From a virus (lineage: Duplodnaviria > Caudoviricetes): 40,552 bases of DNA. This document shows, piece by piece, positions 18,581 through 27,719 of this stretch. Made by a program: the position numbers and the translations under genes. A model generated the notes under the pieces. The model saw only the letters and a list, made by a program, of their open reading frames with translations. It was not told the DNA's origin and ran no database searches. Every line of letters begins with the position of its first letter. Position 1 is the stretch's first letter. The stretch spans positions 1 to 40,552 of the IMG/VR virus record IMGVR_UViG_3300021560_000029; one strand, written 5' to 3'.

Positions 18581-18960
18581 CGGTCGAGGCGCGCGCAGAG
18601 CAGCCCGTAATGTTCGAGCGTGCGGAGTCCGCGACCGGTCCCGTCCTGAGGATGAGGATCGTGAATCAATTGCCGGTTGAGTCCCACGCAGGCATGCATC
18701 GCGCCGCGCGGGCTGATGCCTTCCATCGTGTGCCATACCGGGCCGATCTGAAACATGAGGTTCAGAATCGGATCGTCGGGTTTTAGCTGAATATAAAATA
18801 GACCGTAATCTTTGAGAAAAATGCCAAGATTTCGGTAGAACTCTTCATCTTCGTCGCCAAAGTACGGGACGGATTCGACGGGCAGTTCCAGAATCGACGC
18901 GATGCACGCCGACATGCAGGTGCCGCGCTTGCCGGTGCGCGTCTGGGTGACCGGGATCAT
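18577..18960 (-). CDS. Hypothetical protein with papain-like Cys-His-Asp pattern
   Basis: QTRTG..GTCMSACIASILEL...MHACVG....IHDPHP. ATGA overlap with the upstream gene. Confidence 0.65.
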   Translation of the reverse strand: MIPVTQTRTGKRGTCMSACIASILELPVESVPYFGDEDEEFYRNLGIFLKDYGLFYIQLKPDDPILNLMFQIGPVWHTMEGISPRGAMHACVGLNRQLIHDPHPQDGTGRGLRTLEHYGLLCARLDR

Positions 18961-19556
18961 CGCTCATAGTGGCGCGGCATCCTGTTCGCGCGCGCGGATG
19001 CTGCGCGAGCCGCCAATATTGCCTGCGGGTTGTTCTTGCCATTGCCGTACGAAGACGTCGCCGCGACCTCGTGAAGATCGGCGGCGTTGCGGTGCGCGGT
19101 TGCGGCCGCCCCGTTCAAAGCCCCGTCGGCCATATCTTCGTGATACCGGATTGCGCGCTGATGCATGTCGGGATTCCGCGCGTTCTCGGAGTCAACGCGG
19201 TCGCGGTCGTTGTGGGCTTCCCAATCAAAGCGGGCGTCCCGGCCGCCGTGCGCGTCATAAGCCACCGCATTGCGGATTGCGTCCGGCTCCAGATACGCCC
19301 CGTGCTTGACCCTGATCACGCCCGACACCGCGTCCAGCTTCGCGACCTTCAGGCGGAGCATGGTCCGCATAGCCTTCTCGGCTTCCGGCCGGGAAATCTT
19401 GCCGTGCCGCATGAGCGTTTCGATGAAGGCGGCTTCCGCGTTGTTCATGCGGGTCGCCATCGCCTGCGCGCCCTTGCTGATGTTCGGGGGAACCGCGTCA
19501 ATCATGCGGTCCAGCGCCCGGTGCATCCGGGTTCGGAATGAGGCGGCGGCGGCCAT
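18957..19556 (-). CDS. Putative internal-head (cargo) protein 3
   Basis: Start MAAAASFRTRMHRALDRMIDAV at 19556, with TAATG overlap to the upstream stop. Shares the RMHRALD motif. Confidence 0.7.
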   Translation of the reverse strand: MAAAASFRTRMHRALDRMIDAVPPNISKGAQAMATRMNNAEAAFIETLMRHGKISRPEAEKAMRTMLRLKVAKLDAVSGVIRVKHGAYLEPDAIRNAVAYDAHGGRDARFDWEAHNDRDRVDSENARNPDMHQRAIRYHEDMADGALNGAAATAHRNAADLHEVAATSSYGNGKNNPQAILAARAASARANRMPRHYER

Positions 19557-20677
19557 TACAGGCCCCACGGGCCAGCTTTACGGCCCGTCGCCTTGACGTG
19601 CACGATGTTCTGTTCGGTAGCGATGGCGGTAGTGCCATGCGCGCCGCCCATGTTCAACACCCACCCGTGCGGCCCTTTCATCACGGCCTTACCGCTGCGG
19701 GTCTGCCCCTGCGGGGTGGAGATCGTCACGATGTCGCCCGGCCGGATCGCCTCGCGCACCTGATCGCGGCCCGCCGCCCGGTCGAGCGCGGCGATGATCT
19801 TCCGGCGCGCCACCCGTTCTTCGTCTTCCGGCGTGGTCACGCGGACGCGCTCGCCGTGGCGGTTGTAGGCGTATTGCGGCTGCGGCTTCGGAGTGGTCGC
19901 CGTCCGGGTTTGTTTTTCCTGCCAGATTTTCTGCCCAAGCTGAGCGACAGTGATATCACGGGCGCGCGAATCACGGCCGCCGCGTCTGCGGTGTTCCTCT
20001 AACAACAAATTCAGGACCGGCGTATTGGAGGGCGACGGGCCAGCGTCGGCCAGCGTACGGATGAGAATGAGCAGCTGATCCGTGGGGATCGACCGAACAT
20101 TGGTCGGCAGTGCCGCGTCGCGCGCCTCTTTAACCAGATTGGCGTTGATTACCAGACGCTGGCCGTTGACGATGCCCGTGACGGAGGTGTCCTTCTCGTG
20201 CATGACGCTGCCGACCGCCGTGCCCTCCGGAATCCATACGTGCTTCCCGGTTTTGGCGTCAGGGTAGTATCCGCCACGGGCCACACGGTAAACGTCGGCC
20301 GCCCGCGAGTCGCGCGCGCCCGGCTCGGCCTCGCGCGTGCCGTATACCACCACCTCGCCTTCGTTCTGGTCGAGCCACCGTTCGAATTCGGCCTGATTCC
20401 TGAATACCTTCCGCCACGGGACATTGCGCAGGCCCTTCACGCCGTAGGCTTCAATCCCGGCGTCGCCGGTGCGCCGGTCGAATGCTGCGGCGATACTGGC
20501 GCGCGCATCTTCGCCGTGCGCGGCGCTGTGCCAGTGCCCGTCGCCTCTGGCGCGCGGATTCCATGTGCGCCGGTCATCTTTGACGCGGCCGACGAGCCTG
20601 CGGATATCGCCCACCCGGACGTGGTCGATCATTCTGTCGAGTGCCCGATGCATGCGGGCGCGATAGGTGGCTGGCAT
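19556..20677 (-). CDS. Putative internal-head (cargo) polyprotein 2
   Basis: Start MPATYRARMHRALDRMIDHV at 20677 with GGAAGAGG upstream. Short modules separated by RTGD, GARD-SRAAD, EARD and GGRD-SRARD. Confidence 0.72.
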   Translation of the reverse strand: MPATYRARMHRALDRMIDHVRVGDIRRLVGRVKDDRRTWNPRARGDGHWHSAAHGEDARASIAAAFDRRTGDAGIEAYGVKGLRNVPWRKVFRNQAEFERWLDQNEGEVVVYGTREAEPGARDSRAADVYRVARGGYYPDAKTGKHVWIPEGTAVGSVMHEKDTSVTGIVNGQRLVINANLVKEARDAALPTNVRSIPTDQLLILIRTLADAGPSPSNTPVLNLLLEEHRRRGGRDSRARDITVAQLGQKIWQEKQTRTATTPKPQPQYAYNRHGERVRVTTPEDEERVARRKIIAALDRAAGRDQVREAIRPGDIVTISTPQGQTRSGKAVMKGPHGWVLNMGGAHGTTAIATEQNIVHVKATGRKAGPWGL

Positions 20678-20682
20678 GGTCG

Positions 20683-21777
20683 TTACCTCTTCCTTCCCTC
20701 TGCCCATGCCGCGCGGGCACGATTCATTTCGGCTTCGTTCTCAGCGCTTGGGTCTTGTTTGTGTTTTGCAATGGCCTTCTCGTACGCGGCCAGCAGTGCC
20801 AGCCGGGCCTGAAGCCGAGGCCGTGGCGTATGAACGTAATTGGCGGATTTGGACCCGCTCATCACAACGTCCCGCGCGGTGGATTCATCAGGCGCCACCC
20901 GCGCGACGTTCGACCATTCTTTTTCGGCTTCCCGCCGCGCTTCCAGTTCGTTATTCGCCTCCACTACGCCTACGTGCATGCCGCGCCGGTCGTAGACGTC
21001 CCAATCAACCGGGTGCGCGTAAGTCTGGTAGTCACGGGCGCGCGAGGCGGGCACCTTGCGCAGTTTGCGTTCGTCATCGACCTTCAGGATTTCGTGACCA
21101 TTGCTGTCTTTGAAGATCGTGCCTTTATCCGATGAGCCGACGACTTCAAGGCGCTGACCGGCGCGAAGCCGAATATCCCTTTGAGCTGTAGTGTCCCAGG
21201 CGCCTACGTCGGATTTAACTTCCGCATAGATCGCATCCCGCGCGCGCGAGTCGCCCACGGCGTCGATCATGTGGTCGAGGGCGCGGTGCATGCGCGTCCG
21301 GTAGCTGGTCGCTGAAGCTGGCATGGAATCTCCTGCGTGTGCTTTTCGTGATGCCGCAATCTGCTGTTTCTGCCAGGTCATGCGGTTGATGCGGTCGATT
21401 TGCGGCCACGTCGTGCGCTTGCCGCAGATCGAACAGCGCGCGCCGTCTTTGCGGCCGACGTCGGCGACCCAATCGTGCTTGTGCGGCGGCGCCTGGGTTA
21501 TGTCGGTCGCGTAAAGGGGTGATGGCGGATTGCTGAATATCCGGTTGAGGGTTTCCTGCACGCCGCTCAGACTCCGCTGCTCCGGGCGTTCAAACAGCCT
21601 GCGCGCGACGAACAGCGCCGCAAGAATCTTAAGGCCCTTGCTCGTCAGGCCGTCCGCGCTGCGCCGCTTCTCGGACAAAGCAATCGCTACCGCCTGGCGT
21701 TGGGGTTTTCCGGCCTCGATTTCGCGCTTTATATTTCGGCTGACCACCGCCTGCGAAGTACCCTTTTCCAGCGGCAT
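20683..21777 (-). CDS. Putative internal-head (cargo) polyprotein 1 with N-terminal DUF6496-like domain
   Basis: N-terminus MPLEKGTSQAVVSRNIKREIEAGKPQRQAVAIALS, internal YRTRMHRALDHMIDAV, modules ending in SRARD and TARD. Confidence 0.72.
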   Translation of the reverse strand: MPLEKGTSQAVVSRNIKREIEAGKPQRQAVAIALSEKRRSADGLTSKGLKILAALFVARRLFERPEQRSLSGVQETLNRIFSNPPSPLYATDITQAPPHKHDWVADVGRKDGARCSICGKRTTWPQIDRINRMTWQKQQIAASRKAHAGDSMPASATSYRTRMHRALDHMIDAVGDSRARDAIYAEVKSDVGAWDTTAQRDIRLRAGQRLEVVGSSDKGTIFKDSNGHEILKVDDERKLRKVPASRARDYQTYAHPVDWDVYDRRGMHVGVVEANNELEARREAEKEWSNVARVAPDESTARDVVMSGSKSANYVHTPRPRLQARLALLAAYEKAIAKHKQDPSAENEAEMNRARAAWAEGRKR

Positions 21778-21789
21778 GCGCGTCAGACC

Positions 21790-22602
21790 TCACACAAACA
21801 AGCGGCCGTTTTCCTGTGCCCACTCATCGGGACGCTTCGTTGACTTTTTTCGATTGCATGTCGGGCAGAGAAGCTGTAGATTATCCGGGCCATTCGAACC
21901 GCCCTTACTGAGGGGCATGACGTGGTCCACATCGTAGGCGTCTCTGATGTTTTTTCGGCATGTCGCACACTTGCCGCCCTGCTTTGCGAACAGCGCCTTG
22001 ATGTCTTCATCAGTATGGGTTCCTTCGGCGGCGCGCCGCATGGCGCGTCTGCGCGTTACGCGGGCGCGATACGCTTCTGGATGCGCCTTGCGCCTTGCGC
22101 GGGCTTTTTCAGGATCATACGGATATGCTCCGGCAAGTCGTTTGGCTCTATGCCGAGCTTTGATTTTTTCAGCATTGCGACGGGCAGATTCCCTCTGTTG
22201 GCTGCGGACTTTGTCGGGATTTCGTTCTCGGCGGGCGCGGTGTCTCTCCAGAATCGCCGCGCGGTTTCGCGCATATACAGCCCGGCCGTCTTCGAGATTG
22301 CATTCTGTACATTGACCGTTGACCACGAACCGTGGAGCCAAATGCCCCCGTTTACATGGCCGACCGGTAGAATACTGAGACTCACCGGCCTCTCGCGCTA
22401 TCCGCTTTGCCTCTCTAATCGCGTTCGGCTTGTGTTTCTTCGTTTCCAGGAGGCAGGCGCAACAATTAGTGGTGGATACGTACCTCTCGCTGGTGTGCCC
22501 GGTTTTGCAGGGCCTGCCGGTGAAGTATCGTTTCAGCCCTTCGGCCCGCGCATTCTCGCGGCTTATGATTGGCCCTTCGTATGGGGTTATGCCTCGACGC
22601 AA
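21790..22602 (-). CDS. HNH endonuclease with duplicated N-terminal Zn-binding repeat
   Basis: Two A.E(A)G...Y(F/S)TGRPCK.GH...R(Y/F)V....C..C repeats, then Q.GKCA.C...YDVDHVMPLSKGGSN..DNLQLLCPTCN.KK. Confidence 0.88.
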   Translation of the reverse strand: MRRGITPYEGPIISRENARAEGLKRYFTGRPCKTGHTSERYVSTTNCCACLLETKKHKPNAIREAKRIAREAGESQYSTGRPCKRGHLAPRFVVNGQCTECNLEDGRAVYARNRAAILERHRARRERNPDKVRSQQRESARRNAEKIKARHRAKRLAGAYPYDPEKARARRKAHPEAYRARVTRRRAMRRAAEGTHTDEDIKALFAKQGGKCATCRKNIRDAYDVDHVMPLSKGGSNGPDNLQLLCPTCNRKKSTKRPDEWAQENGRLFV

Positions 22603-24809
22603 TGAGACAGCATATCTTCGGCGGTTGATGTGATCGCGCCATCCTGGTCATCAAGAAGTTCCATATAATCCGCCGCCGAATACTCTTTGATCCCGTCCAC
22701 GAACGGCTCCGGATACATCGTGAGGAACGCATCGCGCGCTTCCGCCGGGTCATTGAAGCCGAGGAATACCTTGTCCTCGTCCTCGCGTTTGTCTTTGTCC
22801 GGCCCAAGGTCGCGCATGCCGATGACGAACACGCGCTGCGAGTCCGGGTCCGGCCCGCAGATCACGTCGATTTCGTCGCCGTCCCGGCCGACCGTATTCC
22901 GGATGAAGCCGTAGTCAAAGAGCATTTTCTTGTCGTAGACCGTTTCGCCCCGGTCGTTGGTGATGCGCCGCCGCACGCCCTTCGGGTATTCGACCGTGAT
23001 CGGGAAGCCCGCGAATTCCCGGTCGTCCATCGCCATCGGGGACGCGGACGCGCCATCGGCCGCCGTCTGCCGTGGCCGCGTGCGGTGCTCGCCGCGTTCC
23101 TCCCCCTTCGGTTTCGGCTCGAACTGCCGCACGAGTTCTCTGGCCTGATGCTCGCCGCTCGCCTGCGTGGTGGGCGACTTCACATGCCCGGCGCGCTTGC
23201 CGCTCTCCTGCACCAGCCCTTTGTTTGCGGGCACGTCGAGCGGCCCGAGCGGCCCCATGAGCGGTTTCTTCGGCGGCACCAATTGCGGCCCGGTTTGTTT
23301 CGGTTGGCCCGGCGCGGCGCCTTCCTGCTGCTCCTGCCCCGGCATTTCCGTCATCGGCGGCCCGCCCATTTCGCCCGCCATATCCTGTTCTTTTTCCGCC
23401 TCGGCAATATCCTCATCGGTAATGTTCGTAAACATGCCGGTGGACTCCGAGGCGTTCTGCAATTCGCGCAGCGCCATCGCTTTGCTGTACAGGCCCGCAT
23501 TGAACAGCCCGAGCACGTTGTCCGAGATGGTCTTGCCGAGGTCGGCCTTTTCCTCTTCGGTCAGGACGCGGACCGAGGGGAAGATGAGGTTCATGTCGTC
23601 GGGCACTTCGCCCAACTCGCTCATCGCGATGATCGGATAGAGCTTTTCCAGTTGCGGCCGCAGCGCCGTATCCTGCTGGAGCGCGATTACTTCCTCGTAG
23701 ATGCGCTCGTCCTGATCGTTGGCCTGCCCGAGGCCCGAAATGGTGCGCCCGAATAAGCGCGTGACCGGGATGCGCGCGGCCCCGGCGATGTCCATCTGAA
23801 ACTGCTGATAAACATCGGCCGTCCCCGAGAACGCATACTGCGTCGAGGACATCCCGCCATCCTTGCCGGTAATGAGCAGCGACTGATTGCTCATCAGATC
23901 GTTCAGCGCCTGCATGCGCGACTGGTACGCCTGCAGCGCCTTGCCGGTCATATTCAGCCCGGACAGCGATTGCGCGAGTTCCGGGTCCTGGATGGAAATC
24001 AGGTTCATGCGGAACGTGGCCATCAGGATGTTCCACGACATGTTGTCGCGCTTGCGCACTTCCTCGAACGCAGGCTCGACCACGCTGATGCCCCACCACT
24101 GCTGCGCCTGGTATTCGGGCGAGGGAACGGCCGGGCCTGCGAACCGCAGAATCCGGCTGGCGTGCACGCGGAAGCCGGTGCCCCCCATGCCGCCGCTGCC
24201 ATCGGGCGAGGTGACGGTGTAGTATTCCGGCAGATTGAACGCCACCGGGCGCCTTACATCCGTGCACACATTGCCGTCCGGCACGATACCCGACCAGCGG
24301 TCGAACGGGATGATGCCCTGAAAAGACCCTAATTCGATATCGTGCGGATCGAGCGGCTCATCCAGTTGATGCTCCTGCCCGTCGACCACGATCAATGCCC
24401 CGCCCCCGCCGAACAGCCGCGCGTAGCACAGGGCTTCGAGCACCCTGGCTTTGGTCTGGGTGCGCCGGATCGCTTTGTCGATCTTCGTCGCATCCTCGGG
24501 CGGCATATCCGACGTGAGGCGCGGCCATGCGCGCGTCATGTCCTGCGCCGGGATGTCCACGATGGCCCGCGTGATCCAGTGATTGCGGTAAAGCGTGATG
24601 AGCAGGAGGTAGTTGTAGGAAAGCCGGACGAGGTCGTAATCGGTCGCCTCGACCAGTGAGTTCGTCCCCCACCCGGTGCGCGCGGCGGCGTTTACGAAGT
24701 AATCGACAGCCGACATGCGGCCCGATTCCCCGGCGGTCAAACCGAGCGATTGGGCAAGCCCGCGCGTGGAAGGATAGGACCGGCCCCGGCGGGCGTGAAG
24801 GGTATTCAT
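22587..24809 (-). CDS. Portal protein (DUF1073 type) fused to a C-terminal inorganic-pyrophosphatase-like (InPase) domain
   Basis: LYRNHWITRAIVDIPAQDMTRAW, ARLFGGG, RVHASRILRF, WWGISV and IAGAARIPVTRLFG. C-terminal ITVEYPKG..R..DYGFI..T.G.DGDEIDV.CGP..DEDKVFLGF. Start uncertain, between 24926 and 24809. Confidence 0.88.
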   Translation of the reverse strand: MNTLHARRGRSYPSTRGLAQSLGLTAGESGRMSAVDYFVNAAARTGWGTNSLVEATDYDLVRLSYNYLLLITLYRNHWITRAIVDIPAQDMTRAWPRLTSDMPPEDATKIDKAIRRTQTKARVLEALCYARLFGGGGALIVVDGQEHQLDEPLDPHDIELGSFQGIIPFDRWSGIVPDGNVCTDVRRPVAFNLPEYYTVTSPDGSGGMGGTGFRVHASRILRFAGPAVPSPEYQAQQWWGISVVEPAFEEVRKRDNMSWNILMATFRMNLISIQDPELAQSLSGLNMTGKALQAYQSRMQALNDLMSNQSLLITGKDGGMSSTQYAFSGTADVYQQFQMDIAGAARIPVTRLFGRTISGLGQANDQDERIYEEVIALQQDTALRPQLEKLYPIIAMSELGEVPDDMNLIFPSVRVLTEEEKADLGKTISDNVLGLFNAGLYSKAMALRELQNASESTGMFTNITDEDIAEAEKEQDMAGEMGGPPMTEMPGQEQQEGAAPGQPKQTGPQLVPPKKPLMGPLGPLDVPANKGLVQESGKRAGHVKSPTTQASGEHQARELVRQFEPKPKGEERGEHRTRPRQTAADGASASPMAMDDREFAGFPITVEYPKGVRRRITNDRGETVYDKKMLFDYGFIRNTVGRDGDEIDVICGPDPDSQRVFVIGMRDLGPDKDKREDEDKVFLGFNDPAEARDAFLTMYPEPFVDGIKEYSAADYMELLDDQDGAITSTAEDMLSHCVEA

Positions 24810-24839
24810 GGAAACGGATCGCGATGGGACAATAGCCTG

Positions 24840-25148
24840 ATGTGCGCTGTTTTGCTCCGGACCGGAGAACGAATAAGAGTGCGGCCCGTCATCGGGCGCA
24901 GTGTGTGCGGTGATCAGATCGGCCACGGCGCGTGGTCGGAAGGGACCGTCGCGCTGGCATCAAAAAACGGCAAGTCGGTCGCCGTCGATCTTGATGAAGG
25001 CGCTGCCCGCACCGGCGACGGCGGAATGTTCATCGGGCCGCTGCTGCTCATGGTGGACTACGAACAGGAAACGGTCCAGGACCTGCGCGGCGGCCAGTGG
25101 GAAATCGAAGTCGCCGGGCAACAGGCGACATACAGCCCAACCGATTGA
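24840..25148 (+). CDS. Hypothetical accessory protein
   Basis: ATG at 24840 lies 6 nt after TGG-GACAAT. The product is a beta-rich, plausible protein. Confidence 0.5.
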   Translation: MCAVLLRTGERIRVRPVIGRSVCGDQIGHGAWSEGTVALASKNGKSVAVDLDEGAARTGDGGMFIGPLLLMVDYEQETVQDLRGGQWEIEVAGQQATYSPTD

Positions 25149-25184
25149 TTAAGCTGGAGTCAGCCACCAGACCACCACCCGAAA

Positions 25185-25502
25185 ATGGACAACGAACTGA
25201 AGACTTATCTCGAACAGATGGAAGCGCGGATCGAAGCCCAGATGCAGGGCGTTGAGAACCGCATGGCGGCGCTTATGGCCTCTGAAATCGGCAGCCTGCA
25301 TTCCGACATGCAGACCATCGAACGGCGCATTCTCGACCGTCTCGACGCGCTCGACAGCCGCCTGAAACTTCAGGCCGGGCTGATCCAGATCGGAATGCGC
25401 GGAATGGTGCGCTTTTCCGAATTCGCGGAGGCTTCCGAATCCCGCTGGCTCGATCTCGTCAGCCGCGTCGAGGCGCTCGAAAAGAAGGTCAGCGCGGCAT
25501 GA
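25185..25502 (+). CDS. Small coiled-coil accessory protein
   Basis: MDNELKTYLEQMEARIE...RVEALEKK heptad pattern. ATGA overlap with the next gene. Confidence 0.72.
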   Translation: MDNELKTYLEQMEARIEAQMQGVENRMAALMASEIGSLHSDMQTIERRILDRLDALDSRLKLQAGLIQIGMRGMVRFSEFAEASESRWLDLVSRVEALEKKVSAA

Positions 25503-26113
25503 ACACCGACGCCTTCACAACAGCCGAAGCCGTCCACGGCATCGAGGCCGTCGTGGAAATGGCCCGCCGCACTCTGCGGGACCGCATCGCCGTCAATTCC
25601 TGCATCGCATACTGCCGGGTGATCCTGGAACTGCTCCGGTTCACCGGCATCGAGGCCAAACCGTACGCCTGCAAGCTGATCGTGACAGACCACACGCTCA
25701 ACAAGGCCTATGCGGTCGGCTGCACAGACGAAGAAATGAGCACGGCGCAGGAGATCATCCCTGTGAAGGGCACGGGCGCCGGATGGCGCGGCCATCTGAT
25801 CCTCATCGCGGAAGGCGACATTCTGATCGACCCGACATTCGAAGCGGCCTCGCGTGCGCTGTACGGCGAGGATGAGGACGACCCGGCGGGCTACATGGTG
25901 ATCGCGCTTCCGGAAACGCCCGGTCAGTTCTTCGACGCCACCATTTGCGGCAAGCTGGATAACGGCGCTGAGATCGAGATCCGCTACATCGGCACCGGCG
26001 ATGAGACGTGGCTGGAGTCCGAAGCGTGGAACGATGAGGCGCTGCCGGTGTTCGCCAATGCCCTGAACACCGCCGTTACTGAACTCGCACACGCTATGCG
26101 AGCAACGCAGTAG
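25499..26113 (+). CDS. Hypothetical protein with transglutaminase/papain-like Cys-His-Asp pattern
   Basis: NSCIAYCRVI...WRGHLILIAEGDILIDPT. Confidence 0.65.
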   Translation: MNTDAFTTAEAVHGIEAVVEMARRTLRDRIAVNSCIAYCRVILELLRFTGIEAKPYACKLIVTDHTLNKAYAVGCTDEEMSTAQEIIPVKGTGAGWRGHLILIAEGDILIDPTFEAASRALYGEDEDDPAGYMVIALPETPGQFFDATICGKLDNGAEIEIRYIGTGDETWLESEAWNDEALPVFANALNTAVTELAHAMRATQ

Positions 26114-26130
26114 CCTCTACTTCAATCCTG

Positions 26131-27542
26131 CCCGAAGCCAAAGCCTGTGATGCTGTGATGGCGCTGGCAACCCGCATCCTACGCCGGTATCACCCGAAGC
26201 TGAACACCAAAACCCGAAGCCACCTGCGTCGCGTAGCCGAAGCGAACCAGTGATGGCGCTGGCAACCCGGATCACCCGACGCGACCTTCGACGTTTTCAC
26301 CCGAAGCGAACTTCGGCGGTTTCACCCGAAGCGACATCTGGCCGGGAATCAAGCATAGAACACCGAGCGAAGGGACCTTCATCCGAAGCGGCATCTGGTG
26401 AGGATCTCCCGCCGAAGCGATTTCACCTTGAGAGCACATTCAAGAGCGCCGAAGCGAAACACCTTCTCGCAAACCCGAAGGGAGCGCATCTGAGCGGCAG
26501 TGGCCCGAAGCGTTTCCGTCCGCCCGCGCCCGAAGCGAAGCAAAATCGAGCCCCGAAGCGATGTGTTGATAGAGCTTCCCGAAGCAAGCCCGTAATGTTC
26601 GCCCGAAACGATCCTAAGGTAACAGCGGATCGCTCCCGAAGCTGCCGAAATCGTCCTGCCGCCGAAGCGCATGAATCACCGGACATCCGCAGGTGAGCGA
26701 TACCGAACCGATCTGTTCTCGTGCCGATGCGATTCGCCCGCCCGAAACGACTGCGGTAGTGGTGCCCGATGCGATGTAAGCCCAGTCACCGAGGCGACCC
26801 ACGGATAAGCGACCGTCCGTTGAGCCGAAGCGACTCCGGAGTTGAGGCCGAAGCGCCAACATTGATCTGCGCCGCCGAAACGAAGGCCCCCGATCCGAAT
26901 CTTCCTGACGCGACCGATGCGACTCCGGCATCCTGACGCCGAAGCGAGAATGTGGCTATCGCCGAAGCCGAAGCCTTGGGGTAGCGGGCGTCCCGAAACG
27001 ACGCATAGTTTCCGGCCACCATCTTCAGATGTCAAATGATCGCTTCTGCGGCTGCGGCCCGAAGGCCCATGTATCGCAAGACCCTTACGTGCAGCTTCGA
27101 TGCGAGCAACGGGTCGGCAAGCGTTCCCGCGCCTTGTGTCATCCTGGGCCTGTCGGTGGCCCGAATCCGAGTGTACAGCAAATCGCGACCGGCAGTGATC
27201 GCGTATCTCCCGACGCGATCCCTGATGTACCGCTGCGGCTAACCCGACGCGAGCAAATCATCTGGAACCCGACGCGACCCATCATCGCGTTCCTGCGGCC
27301 CGACGCGATCAGACGATTCCCCATCGCGATCCGCACAGGTGGATCTCCCGACGCGATCAAAACCCTCTCGCCGATGCGGCCATATCTCGATGTGTTCCCG
27401 ACGCGACCAGCGTCATGTCCACCTCCCCGACGCGATCCCTCTTTCGATGCCCCGACGAGATCAATTGTCTCACCCGACGCGATCATTCTCCGGTCAGCGG
27501 CTGTTCGGCTTCCGCCACCTCAGCATCCGTCCCCGACGCGAT
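26131..27542. repeat. Array of ~40-45 direct CCGANGCGA repeats with variable spacers
   Basis: Motif starts at e.g. 26194, 26214, 26237, 26276, 26301, 26326, 26383, 26412, 26449 ... 26993, then 27210, 27244, 27269, 27300, 27348, 27398, 27427, 27474 and 27533. Nearly all on one strand, mostly 20-30 nt apart. Confidence 0.9.
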
Positions 27543-27719
27543 CAGCCTGAATTCCACCTGCGCGGCGTTGGCTTTCTCCGCGATCTTCGACCGCAGCATG
27601 AACCACGGGAATCCCGGCGCGAACGCCTGTACGGCGTCGTCGTATTCGATGACCGCGAACTTGCGGCGCGTGGCGTAGCCCAGCAGCATCATCGAGACTT
27701 CATGCGTGATCGAACTCAT
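27483..27719 (-). CDS. Small hypothetical protein coupled to the ParB-like gene
   Basis: ATGA overlap with the ParB-like stop. 78 aa. Confidence 0.5.
   Translation of the reverse strand: MSSITHEVSMMLLGYATRRKFAVIEYDDAVQAFAPGFPWFMLRSKIAEKANAAQVEFRLIASGTDAEVAEAEQPLTGE

Noticed and set aside
22587-24809. Anti-CBASS (Acb1) annotation often attached to DUF1073 proteins
   Set aside because: Size, motifs and position fit a portal protein. No 2H-phosphoesterase HxT pair was evident.
26131-27542. CRISPR array or canonical TIGR array
   Set aside because: The repeat is only ~9-10 nt, spacing is irregular (15-48 nt), and no cas or Nop-domain gene is recognisable in the window.
26250-27550. ORFs across the repeat array (26250..26696, 27029..27550, 27139..27486 and others)
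   Set aside because: The repeat is read in changing frames and the products are low-complexity. They are probably incidental, although 27139..27486 has an ATGA overlap and cannot be fully excluded.
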